NCBI GenBank assembly: GCA_040509015.1
Contig: JBEVLS010000079.1
Coordinates: forward strand, 1-32,505
Source of the DNA: Microbacterium sp.
GTDB taxonomy: Bacteria; Actinomycetota; Actinomycetes; Actinomycetales; Microbacteriaceae
Direction of reading: 5' to 3'
DNA: 32,505 nt
In this document: piece by piece, positions 1-8,728 of the stretch
How positions within the stretch are numbered: position 1 is the stretch's first letter
Layout: every line of letters begins with the position of its first letter
Position numbers and translations under genes: made by a program
The notes under the pieces: generated by a model
The model's database searches: none
What the model saw: the letters and a program-made list of their open reading frames with translations, nothing else
Told to the model about the DNA's origin: nothing

Positions 1-833
1 TGCCGGGCGTGGGCAAGACCATGCTCGCGCGGGCGCTCGCGGCATCCGTCGACGCGACCGTGCGTCGCATCCAGTTCACTCCCGATCTTCTGCCCGGCGA
101 CGTGACGGGCGTCAGCGTCTTCAACCCCGTCGAACGCGAGTTCGAGTTCAAGCAGGGGGCGATCTTCGCCAACATCGTGATCGCGGACGAGATCAACCGC
201 TCGTCGCCCAAGACGCAGTCGGCGCTGCTGGAGGCGATGGAGGAGCGCCAGGTCACCGTCGACGGGCGTACGCACTTCGTGCCCGACCCGTTCCTCGTCG
301 TCGCGACGCAGAACCCGCTCGAGATGGAGGGCACGTACGCGCTTCCCGAAGCTCAGCGCGACCGCTTCATGATGCGGATCTCGATGGGCTACCCCGACGC
401 CGCGTCCGAGGCGCTCATGCTCCGCCAGCGCGACACGGTCAATCCGCTCGAGGCGCTCGTGCCCGTCGCCACGAGCGCCGAGGTCACCGGCCTCGTCGCC
501 TGGGCGCGCTCGGTGCACGTCGCGCCCGCCATCGAGGACTACGCCGTCGCGCTCTCGCGGGCGACCCGTGAGCACGCCGACCTGCGACTGGGCGCGAGCC
601 CGCGCGCCACGCTGCAGCTGGTGCGCGCGGCGAAGGGGTGGGCGGCGCTCGACGGTCGCGGCTTCGTGATCCCCGACGACATCACCGCTCTCCTGGCCCC
701 GGTGTTCGCACACCGTCTCATCCCGACGCGCTCCGCGGGCGGAGCGCGGGCGCGCAGCGCCGCCGACGCGATCGCCGCGATCCTCGACCGCATCGCGGCG
801 GGCGTGCGCGTGCCGATCGCCGCGCGGCAGTGA
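1..833 (+). CDS. moxR: MoxR-family AAA+ ATPase (5' end outside window)
   Basis: Frame is open from the window edge. Walker A PGVGKT starts at nt 3; RIQFTPDLLPGD, Walker B IADEINR, ATQNP and LPEAQRDRF motifs are all typical of MoxR proper. Confidence 0.95.
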   Translation, partial: PGVGKTMLARALAASVDATVRRIQFTPDLLPGDVTGVSVFNPVEREFEFKQGAIFANIVIADEINRSSPKTQSALLEAMEERQVTVDGRTHFVPDPFLVVATQNPLEMEGTYALPEAQRDRFMMRISMGYPDAASEALMLRQRDTVNPLEALVPVATSAEVTGLVAWARSVHVAPAIEDYAVALSRATREHADLRLGASPRATLQLVRAAKGWAALDGRGFVIPDDITALLAPVFAHRLIPTRSAGGARARSAADAIAAILDRIAAGVRVPIAARQ

Positions 834-849
834 ACGACCGGGCGCGCCG

Positions 850-2103
850 ATGAGACGACTGTGGCCGCTGACCTTCCGCGGAACCGGCGCTCTCGTGCTC
901 GCGATCGCGTGCTTCGTGCTCTCGAACGAGTTGGGGGTCGTGGAGCTGCAGTACTTCGGCATCCTGCTGGTGGTCGTCCTCGCCGTCAGCGTCGCGTCGC
1001 TGCACGTCACCCGCCGCATCGAGTCCGTCACGCGGTCGCTCCATCCCGATGTGGTCACGGTCGGCCGCGAGAGCGAGGTGGACCTGCAGGTCGGCGTGCG
1101 CACGGCCGTTCCGACCACCGCAGGCACGTGGCGCGAGACGCTCCCCAAAGGCCTTCGCGGCACGGCGGCCGGCTCGTTCCCCGCGCTGGGCTCGGGCCTT
1201 CGCAGCGGGGCACTCGGCGGCGGGCGGACCGTCCGCCTGACGTACTCGGTCACCGGAACACGCCGCGGCGTGCACTCGATCGGCCCCCTCTCGGTGCGTG
1301 CGACCGACCCGTTCGGCCTCGCGCGTCGGGTCACGGTCTTCCGCGAGCGCACGCCCGTGACAGTGGCGCCCGCGGTCGTGGAGCTTCCACTGCTCGCCGA
1401 CTACGCCGGCGAAGCGGGCGGCACGCTGCACGCGACGACGAACCAGCTCGGTCAGGGTGCCGACAACCTCGTCGCGCGGCCGTACGCGCCGGGCGATTCG
1501 ATGCGCCGCATCCACTGGCGGGCGACGGCGCATCGCGACGAGCTCATGGTGCGTCAGGAGGAGCAGGAGTCCACACCCGAAGCGAGCGTCGTCCTCGATC
1601 GCAGCGCCCTGCGCTGGACCGTCGAGGCGCTGACCGCGCCGGGAGCGGATCCCGGTTTCGAAACCGCAGTCTCGGCATGCGTCTCAGTCGTGTCCCGTCT
1701 CGTGCACGACGGGTACGCGGTCGAGGTCCTCGACAGCGACGGCACGGTGCTCGCCGAGCGCATCGACGGCGGAGACATGCTCGAGGTCGAGCGGCTCCTC
1801 AGCTACGCCGCGACGCTCACCGCGCGTCGCGACGACCACCTCCCGAAGCTCCTCCGTCTGTTCGCCGGGGTCATGACCGGGCCGGTCGTGCTGATCGTCG
1901 GCCGATTCGATCCGGCCGACGCGGACGCCATCGCGCCAGTCGCACACCACAGCACACTGCCTCTGCTGTTCGCTGTCTCGCCCATCGGGGACGCGCTCGA
2001 CCGTGCCGTCGATGCAGGGTGGCGGGCGTCGGCGGTCGCACCGGAGGGCGATTTCGCCGAAGTGTGGGGCGCGACGGTCGGACGGGCGAGCCATGTCGTC
2101 TGA
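850..2103 (+). CDS. DUF58 domain-containing membrane protein (MoxR partner)
   Basis: N-terminal hydrophobic segments; DPFGL and RPYAPGDSMRRIHWRATA motifs; canonical position after moxR. Confidence 0.9.
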   Translation: MRRLWPLTFRGTGALVLAIACFVLSNELGVVELQYFGILLVVVLAVSVASLHVTRRIESVTRSLHPDVVTVGRESEVDLQVGVRTAVPTTAGTWRETLPKGLRGTAAGSFPALGSGLRSGALGGGRTVRLTYSVTGTRRGVHSIGPLSVRATDPFGLARRVTVFRERTPVTVAPAVVELPLLADYAGEAGGTLHATTNQLGQGADNLVARPYAPGDSMRRIHWRATAHRDELMVRQEEQESTPEASVVLDRSALRWTVEALTAPGADPGFETAVSACVSVVSRLVHDGYAVEVLDSDGTVLAERIDGGDMLEVERLLSYAATLTARRDDHLPKLLRLFAGVMTGPVVLIVGRFDPADADAIAPVAHHSTLPLLFAVSPIGDALDRAVDAGWRASAVAPEGDFAEVWGATVGRASHVV

Positions 2104-4366
2104 GCGGATGAGCGGGGCCAAGCGCGGCGATCTGCTCGTGACGAGCGCTCTTCTGGGGGCACTGGTGGCCGCGCTCCTGCCCGTCCTGCCCATGGTGCAG
2201 GCCGGGCCCTGGGTGCTGGGCGCGGTGGCTCTCGCCGTGCTCCTCCTGGGCGCCGGCTACGCGGCGCGCCGGCGCGGGCTTCCGGCCGTCGCGGTCACCC
2301 TCGTCGAGGCGGTGCTGTGGATCGTCTTCATGACGGTCGTCTTCCTCCGGGAGTCCGCCCTGCTGTGGGTCGTACCCACCCTCGACACGATCCCCCTCGT
2401 CCCCCGGGTCATCCAGGCCGCGTTCGACGAGATCACCGTCGGTGCGGCGCCGCTCGAGGCCACCCCGGCACTGGGATTCCTCATCGTCGGCTCGTTCGGA
2501 CTGCTCGCGATCATCGTCGATCACGTCGTGCTGACCGCTCGTATGCCGCTCCTGGCATCCATCGGCATCATCGCCGTCTCGCTCATCCCCGCCATCGCGG
2601 TGCCGAGCGGCACCGACGTCATGGCCTTCGTCCTGCTCGCCGCCGCGGTCCTCTTCCTCCTCCGCGCCGAGACGCGCTCGCGCGAGCCCGCGGATGCGCG
2701 GGCGGCGGAGCGTTCGGCAGGCGTCCCCGCCACGGCAGTGGGCATCGCAGCGATCGCGGTGATCGTGACGCTCGTCGCGGCACCGGTGCTGCCCGACCCG
2801 CAGGTGCGGGCGGGCGGCGGAGGCGTCGGCGGCCCCGGTATCGACGCGAGCCTGCAGCTGGGCGACGATCTGCGGCGGCCGGACGAGATCGAGGTGATGC
2901 GGGTGAGGAGCACCGCATCCGACATCCCCTACCTCCGCGCGACGACGCTGACCCGGTTCGACGGCGACGTCTGGCTGCCCGACCGCGTGCGCACCGTGCC
3001 GCTCGAGAGCGAAGCCGGTCTCGGGGCGCTCGGAATCGCCGACGACATCCGCATGACCGATACGCGCACGACCGTCGAGATCGTCAACCTCGCCTCGGTG
3101 TGGGCGCCGATCCCGTTCCCCGCGGTCGAGGTGACCGGCCTCGAGGGCGAGTGGGCCGGAGTGCCCTACAACCGCACGGTCGTGTCGCAGGACGGATCCA
3201 CGCAGGGCCAGAGCTACGAGGTGGTGGCCTCCGTGCCGCGACCCACGCTCGAGCAGATCCGCGGCAGCGAGGCGAACAGCGAGAACGTCTTCGACGAGGC
3301 CAAGGCCATCCCCGAAGACCTCCCCGTCGTCGTGGGCGAGCTCGCCGCCGAGGTCACGGCCTCCACGAGCAACGACTACGACGCGCTCGTGGCGCTCCAG
3401 CGGTGGTTCCGCAGCGGCGAGTTCAGCTATTCGCTGAGCGCCCCGGTCGAGGACGGGTTCGACGGGACCGGCGTCGAGGCCGTGGCGTCCTTCCTCGAGG
3501 AGCGCAGCGGCTACTGCATCCACTTCGCGTCGGCGTTCGCGCTCATGGCGCGCACGCTCGACATGCCGAGCCGCATCGTCGTCGGCTATCTCCCGGGCGT
3601 CGCGACGCAGGATCGGATCGAGGAGCAGACCGTCTACAGCGTGCCGAGCTCGCTCCTGCACGCGTGGCCCGAAGTGTACTTCGAGGGCATCGGCTGGATC
3701 GGGTTCGAGCCGACGAACGGGCTCGGGACACCCACCGCGTTCGTTCCCGAGGCGTCCGCGCCCCGGGACCCCACCGACCCGCGCGAGCCGTCCGCCCGAC
3801 CGTCGACCTCAGCGGCGCCGACCGCGACGGCCGACCCGGACGAACTGCGCGACGCCGACGGCGACACGCCCTCCGGGTCGGTGACGAGTCGTGTGAACCC
3901 GCTCCCGGGGGTGTCGGCGGTGCTCGGCATCCTGCTGCTCCTGTCGATCCCGGGGATCGTGCGCGAGGTCCGTCGACGGCAGCTGCTGGCTGCCGCGCGG
4001 TCGGGCGACTCGGCCGCAGCGTGGCTCACCGTGCAGGATGCCGCGATCGACGTCGGCGTCGCCGTGCCGCCGAGCGAGTCGCCGCGCGCGTTCGCGGCGC
4101 GCATCGTCGCCGAGCACGGAGCCCCGCCCGATGCGACAGAGACCCTCGTGAAGGCCATCGAACGCGCGAGCTATGCGCCCGCGCGGGTCGCCGGGTACTG
4201 GCACGGCGATGAGGTGACGGATGCCGCCGTCGCCGTGCGCGCGGCGCTCCTGGCCGCCGTCACCCCGGCCCGTCGGGTGCTCGCGGTGGTCGCGCCGCGG
4301 TCGCTGATCGTGCGCCCGGGGAGCGTCTACGCCTCTGGCGGGTCGTCCGGGGCCCGCGCGCGGTGA
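2093..4366 (+). CDS. Membrane transglutaminase-like protein (TgpA / DUF3488 type)
   Basis: ATG at 2093 overlaps the end of DUF58. Multi-TM N-terminus, then GYCIHFA (Cys), LHAWPEVYF (His) and WIGFEPT, a Pro/Thr linker and a C-terminal TM. The ORF-track start at 2003 is probably too long. Confidence 0.9.
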   Translation: MSSERMSGAKRGDLLVTSALLGALVAALLPVLPMVQAGPWVLGAVALAVLLLGAGYAARRRGLPAVAVTLVEAVLWIVFMTVVFLRESALLWVVPTLDTIPLVPRVIQAAFDEITVGAAPLEATPALGFLIVGSFGLLAIIVDHVVLTARMPLLASIGIIAVSLIPAIAVPSGTDVMAFVLLAAAVLFLLRAETRSREPADARAAERSAGVPATAVGIAAIAVIVTLVAAPVLPDPQVRAGGGGVGGPGIDASLQLGDDLRRPDEIEVMRVRSTASDIPYLRATTLTRFDGDVWLPDRVRTVPLESEAGLGALGIADDIRMTDTRTTVEIVNLASVWAPIPFPAVEVTGLEGEWAGVPYNRTVVSQDGSTQGQSYEVVASVPRPTLEQIRGSEANSENVFDEAKAIPEDLPVVVGELAAEVTASTSNDYDALVALQRWFRSGEFSYSLSAPVEDGFDGTGVEAVASFLEERSGYCIHFASAFALMARTLDMPSRIVVGYLPGVATQDRIEEQTVYSVPSSLLHAWPEVYFEGIGWIGFEPTNGLGTPTAFVPEASAPRDPTDPREPSARPSTSAAPTATADPDELRDADGDTPSGSVTSRVNPLPGVSAVLGILLLLSIPGIVREVRRRQLLAAARSGDSAAAWLTVQDAAIDVGVAVPPSESPRAFAARIVAEHGAPPDATETLVKAIERASYAPARVAGYWHGDEVTDAAVAVRAALLAAVTPARRVLAVVAPRSLIVRPGSVYASGGSSGARAR

Positions 4367-4383
4367 GCACCGCCGAGGCACGG

Positions 4384-4389
4384 TAGGAT
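4384..4389 (+). promoter_or_regulatory. Putative -10 element (TAGGAT) for the tRNA
   Basis: TAnnnT hexamer about 20 nt upstream of the mature tRNA 5' end. Confidence 0.45.
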
Positions 4390-4410
4390 GGTCGGCGGCC
4401 CTCGGGCCAT

Positions 4411-4498
4411 GGAGGATTCGCCTAGTGGCCTATGGCGCACGCTTGGAAAGCGTGTTGAGTGAAAGCTCTCAGGGGTTCGAATCCCCTATCCTCCGCCA
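4411..4498 (+). tRNA. tRNA-Ser(GGA) with encoded CCA
   Basis: Acceptor stem GGAGGAT/ATCCTCC, discriminator G plus CCA, anticodon arm CACGC-TT-GGA-AA-GCGTG (anticodon 4445-4447), long variable arm, T-arm AGGGG-TTCGAAT-CCCCT. Confidence 0.97.
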
Positions 4499-4502
4499 CT
4501 GA

Positions 4503-4541
4503 GATGCCTCGCGACATCGGTCACCCCTGTCGCGGGGCATC
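4503..4541. terminator. Stem-loop after the tRNA, probable bidirectional terminator
   Basis: GATGCCTCGCGACA (4503-4516) pairs with TGTCGCGGGGCATC (4528-4541), 14 bp with one G-U pair; lies between convergent genes. Confidence 0.7.
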
Positions 4542-4571
4542 CGTGGTCTCCGGCCGCGCACGAACCTGGCG

Positions 4572-5039
4572 TCACTCGCCGAGAGACGCCAGCAGGTCCT
4601 TGAGGCCGAGTCCGCCGATGTGCTGCGGCTCGAACTCGAGCGTCGAGCCCGTGGACGTATCGGTGAGTTCGAGCGCGGAAACCGTTCCGTGCCGCTGACG
4701 GGCCACCGCGAGGTTGGTCCGATCGATCTGCGCGACCGGCTCGAGCTTCTTCCAGCCACCCACCGAGCCTGACTTGTGACGGCCGAGGACATAGAGCTTC
4801 GTCGCCGACACCGCCAGCACGTACGTGGGGTAGACGCCTTTCGACGACGCGTTGATGCGCTGACCGATCGCGGCGCCGGCGAATCCCCACGCGGCGCCGC
4901 GATTGCCGCTCATACCGACGACGGCTCCGAGGATGCCGGATGTCGCGGCGCCGCGTGCCTGCACGAGCGCGACGTCGAGGATCTCATCATCAGGAACGAC
5001 CGCCTGCGCGCCGTCGCGTGCCTTCTCTTCTTTCGACAT
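4572..5039 (-). CDS. Hypothetical protein (155 aa) with a Gly-rich hydrophobic segment
   Basis: Protein-like composition, unlike the Arg/Pro-rich shadow ORFs; purine-rich GAAAGG upstream of the ATG; GILGAVVG...GFAGAAIG motif. Confidence 0.75.
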   Translation of the reverse strand: MSKEEKARDGAQAVVPDDEILDVALVQARGAATSGILGAVVGMSGNRGAAWGFAGAAIGQRINASSKGVYPTYVLAVSATKLYVLGRHKSGSVGGWKKLEPVAQIDRTNLAVARQRHGTVSALELTDTSTGSTLEFEPQHIGGLGLKDLLASLGE

Positions 5040-5194
5040 CCTGCCGCCTTTCAGACATTGCAGGCCCCCGCCGATGCGGAGATCCGGGACTCGCGAACGT
5101 GGCCCTCGATCGACCGCACGCGCGAACGCCCTTCATCATTTCGACATCGCTCGTGCCGATCAACCCCCGTGCTGCGCATGACGGCCTTCGCCGA

Positions 5195-5617
5195 TCAGGC
5201 GGCAGCGAGCTCAGCGAGGAGCGCCTCGACCCTGGCACGGATCTCGTCGCGGATCACTCGGACGGCGCCGATCCCCTGCCCGGCGGGATCGTCGAGCTCC
5301 CAGTCCTCATAGCGCTTGCCGGGGAAGATCGGGCACGCGTCACCGCATCCCATCGTGATGACGACGTCCGACTCGCGGACCGCGTCGACCGTGAGAACTC
5401 TGGGCGACTGCGCGGCGATGTCGATGCCTTCTTCTGCCATCGCCTGGACCGCGACCGGGTTGATCGAGTCCTTCGGCGCGGATCCGGCGGAGAGGACGTC
5501 GACGCCGTCGCCCGCGAACGCGCGGAGGTACCCCGCGGCCATCTGCGAGCGCCCCGCATTGTGGACGCAGACGAAAAGGACGGTCGGCTTGTGCACCATC
5601 GAGTCGCCCACGCTCAC
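5195..5617 (-). CDS. arsC: Arsenate reductase ArsC (LMW-PTP fold, three-Cys thioredoxin type)
   Basis: FVCVHNAGRSQMA P-loop, MGCGDACP resolving Cys pair, WELDDP. Start is GTG 5617 (overlaps the upstream stop) or ATG 5599. Confidence 0.93.
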   Translation of the reverse strand: MSVGDSMVHKPTVLFVCVHNAGRSQMAAGYLRAFAGDGVDVLSAGSAPKDSINPVAVQAMAEEGIDIAAQSPRVLTVDAVRESDVVITMGCGDACPIFPGKRYEDWELDDPAGQGIGAVRVIRDEIRARVEALLAELAAA

Positions 5618-6126
5618 TCGATCCCCGTCGAGAAGCTGCGCCGTTCGATCAGCAGAGTGTCACGCCAGGTTCCGGCCATGATCCCGACGCCGACCCGCGC
5701 GATGCGCTCCCGTCGTCCGACGACGCGGAATCCGCAGGATTCGTGCAGCCTCACGCTGGCCGTATTGTCGGGGAAGATGCTCGACTGGATGGTCCACGCG
5801 CCCTCCGCCTCGGCTGCGGAGATGAACGCCTCGAGGAGCAGCCGGCCGACGCCACGGCCGCGTGCGCTGCGGTCGACATAGACCGAATGCTCGACGACGC
5901 CCCGATACGCGGGGCGCGACGAGACCGCGGATGCCGCAACCCATCCCACGACAGCCCCAGCCGAGTCGAGCGCGACCAGTCGCGCATACGGAAGCCTCGC
6001 GGTGTCGAAAGCGTCCCACGCAGGGGTGGCGGTCTCGAAGGTCGCCTCGCCGTCGTCGATCCCCTGGGCGTAGATCCTCTCGACGGCGGGCCAGTCCCCG
6101 CGTTCCATCGCGCGCAGCGCCGTCAT
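5614..6126 (-). CDS. GNAT N-acetyltransferase, phosphinothricin/arsinothricin acetyltransferase (PAT/ArsN1)-like
   Basis: ATG 6126 in a TGATG overlap with the upstream stop. YAQGIDDGEATFE, RPAYRGVVEHSVYV, RGRGVG and NTASVRLHESCGF motifs; ars context. Confidence 0.85.
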   Translation of the reverse strand: MTALRAMERGDWPAVERIYAQGIDDGEATFETATPAWDAFDTARLPYARLVALDSAGAVVGWVAASAVSSRPAYRGVVEHSVYVDRSARGRGVGRLLLEAFISAAEAEGAWTIQSSIFPDNTASVRLHESCGFRVVGRRERIARVGVGIMAGTWRDTLLIERRSFSTGIE

Positions 6127-7436
6127 CAGCAGCACCCGCTTGCGCCGGCATCGGTCGAGCAGACTCCGGTCGCGGGGAGGACGAGCGCCACCTGCGAGGC
6201 GGATGCCATGTCACCGGCGAGCCACGCGGCGACGGATCGGACCTGCTCGTATCCGGTCGCGAGAAGGAACGTCGGTGCCCGACCGTACGACTTCATTCCG
6301 ACGACGAAGAAGCCGTGCTCCGGATGCGCGAGCTCACGGAACCCGTGAGGTTCGACCGTGCCGCAGGAGTGCACGTTCGGGTCGATCAGCGGAGCGAGGC
6401 GCCGAGGTGCTTCGACGATCTCGTCCAGGTCGAGCCGGATCTCGCGCAGCATGTCGAGGTCGGGGCGGAACCCGGTGGCGTTCACCACGACGTGTGTTCG
6501 GTGGCTTACCGGCTCGTCCAGACGTCGCCCGACGAGCTCGACCCCGTCGGTCGTGCGTGCGGCGCGGACGATCTCGAACCGATCCACCAGCGTGATGTCG
6601 CCGCGCGCAACGGCGCGATCGACACGAGCGCCGAGGCTCGCTCGTCCGACCAGCTCATCGTCCGGCGAGGAGGAGACCCGCGCTGCCCGGCTGTTGCGGA
6701 TGAGCCAGGTGACCGTCGTGTCCGGTTCGTCGCGGGCGAGCTCGACCAGCGCCAGCAGGGTGTTCGCCGCCGAATGCCCCGCGCCCACCACCGTCACGTG
6801 TCGCCCGGCGAACAGCGCACGATCTCTGCCGAGGACATCCGGCAGCGCGGGAGTCACCCTGTCCGCGATGTCGGACATGCCGAGAAGCTCGAGTCCGCTC
6901 GAAGACAGCGAGTTCGGGGATCGATATGTACCGGATGCATCGATCACCGCGCGCGCGGCGACGTCTTCGACCGCTCCGTTCGCGCTTCTCACACGCACGA
7001 TGAACGGGGTCGCCGCGCGCGCCGCGGAGCGGGTCCGGTCCATCCCCTCCCTGCTGACGCGGAGGACCTCGGCGCTCGTCCGCAGCCGCGACGCGATCTC
7101 ATCGACAGCCGCGAGCGGAGCGACGTACCGTTCGACCAGTTCCGCACCGGTCGGTGCACGCTCCGGGTCGGGGAGAACCCAGCCGCGCGGCTCGAGAAGC
7201 CGTCTCGACGCCGCGTCCACCAGATGCTTCCAGGGAGAGAACAGGCGCGTGTGACCCCAGGCGGAGACATTCGCCGCGACCTTGTGCCCGGCCTCGAAGA
7301 TCACGAAGTCGATCCCGCATTCCAACAGGTTCGCCGCGGCGGCGAGACCGATCGGCCCCGCGCCGATGATCGCCACCGGCAGCGTCGAGAGACGGCTCGC
7401 CTCGGAGACGCGGGGTGTCAGATCGAGCAGGGTCAC
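6126..7436 (-). CDS. FAD/NAD(P)-dependent oxidoreductase of ars operons (ArsO-like flavoprotein monooxygenase)
   Basis: GAGPIG FAD motif, DASGT, GAGHSA NAD(P) motif, NATGF, HSCGTV, KSYGRAPTFL and C-terminal GVC...GCC; GGAGG RBS before the GTG. Confidence 0.88.
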   Translation of the reverse strand: MTLLDLTPRVSEASRLSTLPVAIIGAGPIGLAAAANLLECGIDFVIFEAGHKVAANVSAWGHTRLFSPWKHLVDAASRRLLEPRGWVLPDPERAPTGAELVERYVAPLAAVDEIASRLRTSAEVLRVSREGMDRTRSAARAATPFIVRVRSANGAVEDVAARAVIDASGTYRSPNSLSSSGLELLGMSDIADRVTPALPDVLGRDRALFAGRHVTVVGAGHSAANTLLALVELARDEPDTTVTWLIRNSRAARVSSSPDDELVGRASLGARVDRAVARGDITLVDRFEIVRAARTTDGVELVGRRLDEPVSHRTHVVVNATGFRPDLDMLREIRLDLDEIVEAPRRLAPLIDPNVHSCGTVEPHGFRELAHPEHGFFVVGMKSYGRAPTFLLATGYEQVRSVAAWLAGDMASASQVALVLPATGVCSTDAGASGCC

Positions 7437-7474
7437 GGCGACCTCCGGAAGATATCGATGAACGTCGATGCCCG

Positions 7475-7503
7475 AGTCTGCCGCCTCTATCGACGACTGT
7501 CAA
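7475..7503 (-). promoter_or_regulatory. Housekeeping-sigma promoter for the oxidoreductase-GNAT-arsC operon
   Basis: Minus strand TTGACA (7503-7498), 17 bp, CAGACT (7480-7475); the -35 lies inside the middle operator. Confidence 0.65.
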
Positions 7504-7510
7504 TATCGAC

Positions 7511-7516
7511 TACTGT
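7511..7516 (+). promoter_or_regulatory. -10 element of a probably leaderless arsR transcript
   Basis: TACTGT 6 nt upstream of ATG 7523, no Shine-Dalgarno; lies inside the third operator. Confidence 0.6.
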
Positions 7517-7522
7517 CGATGC

Positions 7523-7873
7523 ATGACCACGATGCTCGATCTCACCGACGTGTCCGCGGTCGCCTGCCGCACTCCCCTGGTGCACGAGCCGATCTCAGCC
7601 GACGAAGCAGAGCATCTCGCGGCGACGATGAAGGCGCTTGCTGATCCGGCTCGGCTGCGTCTGCTGTCGATCGTCGCGGCATCCGAGAACGCCGAAGCCT
7701 GCGTGTGCGATCTCATCGAGCCCGTGGGTCTGAGCCAGCCGACGGTTTCGCACCACTTGAAGGTGCTCACGAAGGCGGGGTTCCTCACCCGTTCCAAGCG
7801 CGGTACCTGGGCGTACTTCACGCTCGTCCCGGGCGCACTGGACCGGGTCTCGCAGCTCTTCGTCGCCTCCTGA
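7523..7873 (+). CDS. arsR: ArsR/SmtB family arsenic-responsive repressor
   Basis: KALADPARLRLL, EACVCDL, LSQPTVSHHLKVL and RGTWAYF motifs; true start is probably ATG 7523, not 7415. Confidence 0.93.
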   Translation: MTTMLDLTDVSAVACRTPLVHEPISADEAEHLAATMKALADPARLRLLSIVAASENAEACVCDLIEPVGLSQPTVSHHLKVLTKAGFLTRSKRGTWAYFTLVPGALDRVSQLFVAS

Positions 7874-7918
7874 ACGGCCGCCCGAGGGGTCGCGAAGCCG
7901 CCACGCGGACGCCCCGCG

Positions 7919-8728
7919 TCACATCCGGGCGTATCGTGCACGGGCGAAGCAGAAGAGCCCGTAGAGGACGAGACCCGCGCCGACGATCCACAGGATGATC
8001 GCGCCGAACGGCAGACCGGCGAGAGCGCGGAGCGCGGCATCCAGTCCGCCCGCCGTCTCGGGGTCGTGGGTGATCGCCGCGACGACGAAGAGCACCCCCG
8101 CCACCGCGACGGCGATGCCCTTCGCGATGTAGCCGACGACGCCGAACCCCACGATGCCCTTCTTCGCGGCGCCGGACGGGAGATCGAGATGCTTCTCGAA
8201 CGCCCGGGCGATCCCGCGGACGATGAAGGCGATCCCGATAGCAGCCACGACGAGACCGAGGATCACGAGGAGGATGACGCCCGCGGGCACGGACATCAGC
8301 TGAGCACTCAGCGACTGGGAGGAGTCCGACGATTCGGAGCGTCCGCCGAGTGCGTAGACGAGCGCCGTGCCGGCGATCGCCACGTACGCGGCCGCGGTGC
8401 CGACGAACTTCGCGCGGTGCGCCCATCGCTTCTTCGCATCGGGATCGCGCTCCACCAGCGCCTGCGCGATCTGCCAGACGGTCAGGGCCAGCAGGCCGAG
8501 CACGATGACCCACAGCAGCGCGACACCCGCAGGAGACTGCTGGATCTCCTCCATCGCGCCGCTCTGGTCGGCCGTACCGCCGCCGCCCGTGGCGATGGAG
8601 ATGGCGATGACACCGATGAGGATGTGCAGGACGCCGAGCACGATGTATCCGATGCGCGCGGCGATCCGCAGGACGGAAGAGTCCTGCGCGGCTCGTGCCG
8701 TCGACTGAGCCGGGTTGTTCGAGGTCAT
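7919..8728 (-). CDS. DUF1206-like multi-pass membrane protein
   Basis: ATG 8728 in an ATGA overlap with the PAP2 stop. ARIGY...GYIAKG repeats, GGLDAAL...PFG motif and several TM segments. Confidence 0.82.
   Translation of the reverse strand: MTSNNPAQSTARAAQDSSVLRIAARIGYIVLGVLHILIGVIAISIATGGGGTADQSGAMEEIQQSPAGVALLWVIVLGLLALTVWQIAQALVERDPDAKKRWAHRAKFVGTAAAYVAIAGTALVYALGGRSESSDSSQSLSAQLMSVPAGVILLVILGLVVAAIGIAFIVRGIARAFEKHLDLPSGAAKKGIVGFGVVGYIAKGIAVAVAGVLFVVAAITHDPETAGGLDAALRALAGLPFGAIILWIVGAGLVLYGLFCFARARYARM

Larger units (their letters stand above)
7454..7520. promoter_or_regulatory. Three ArsR operator palindromes, consensus ATCGAC-N4-GTCGAT
   Basis: ATCGATGAACGTCGAT 7454-7469, ATCGACGACTGTCAAT 7489-7504 and ATCGACTACTGTCGAT 7505-7520, all in the 86-bp gap between arsR and the divergent operon. 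Confidence 0.85.

Noticed and set aside
4459-4698. 79-aa ORF starting inside the tRNA
   Set aside because: Overlaps the tRNA, its terminator and the opposite-strand gene; no coding features.
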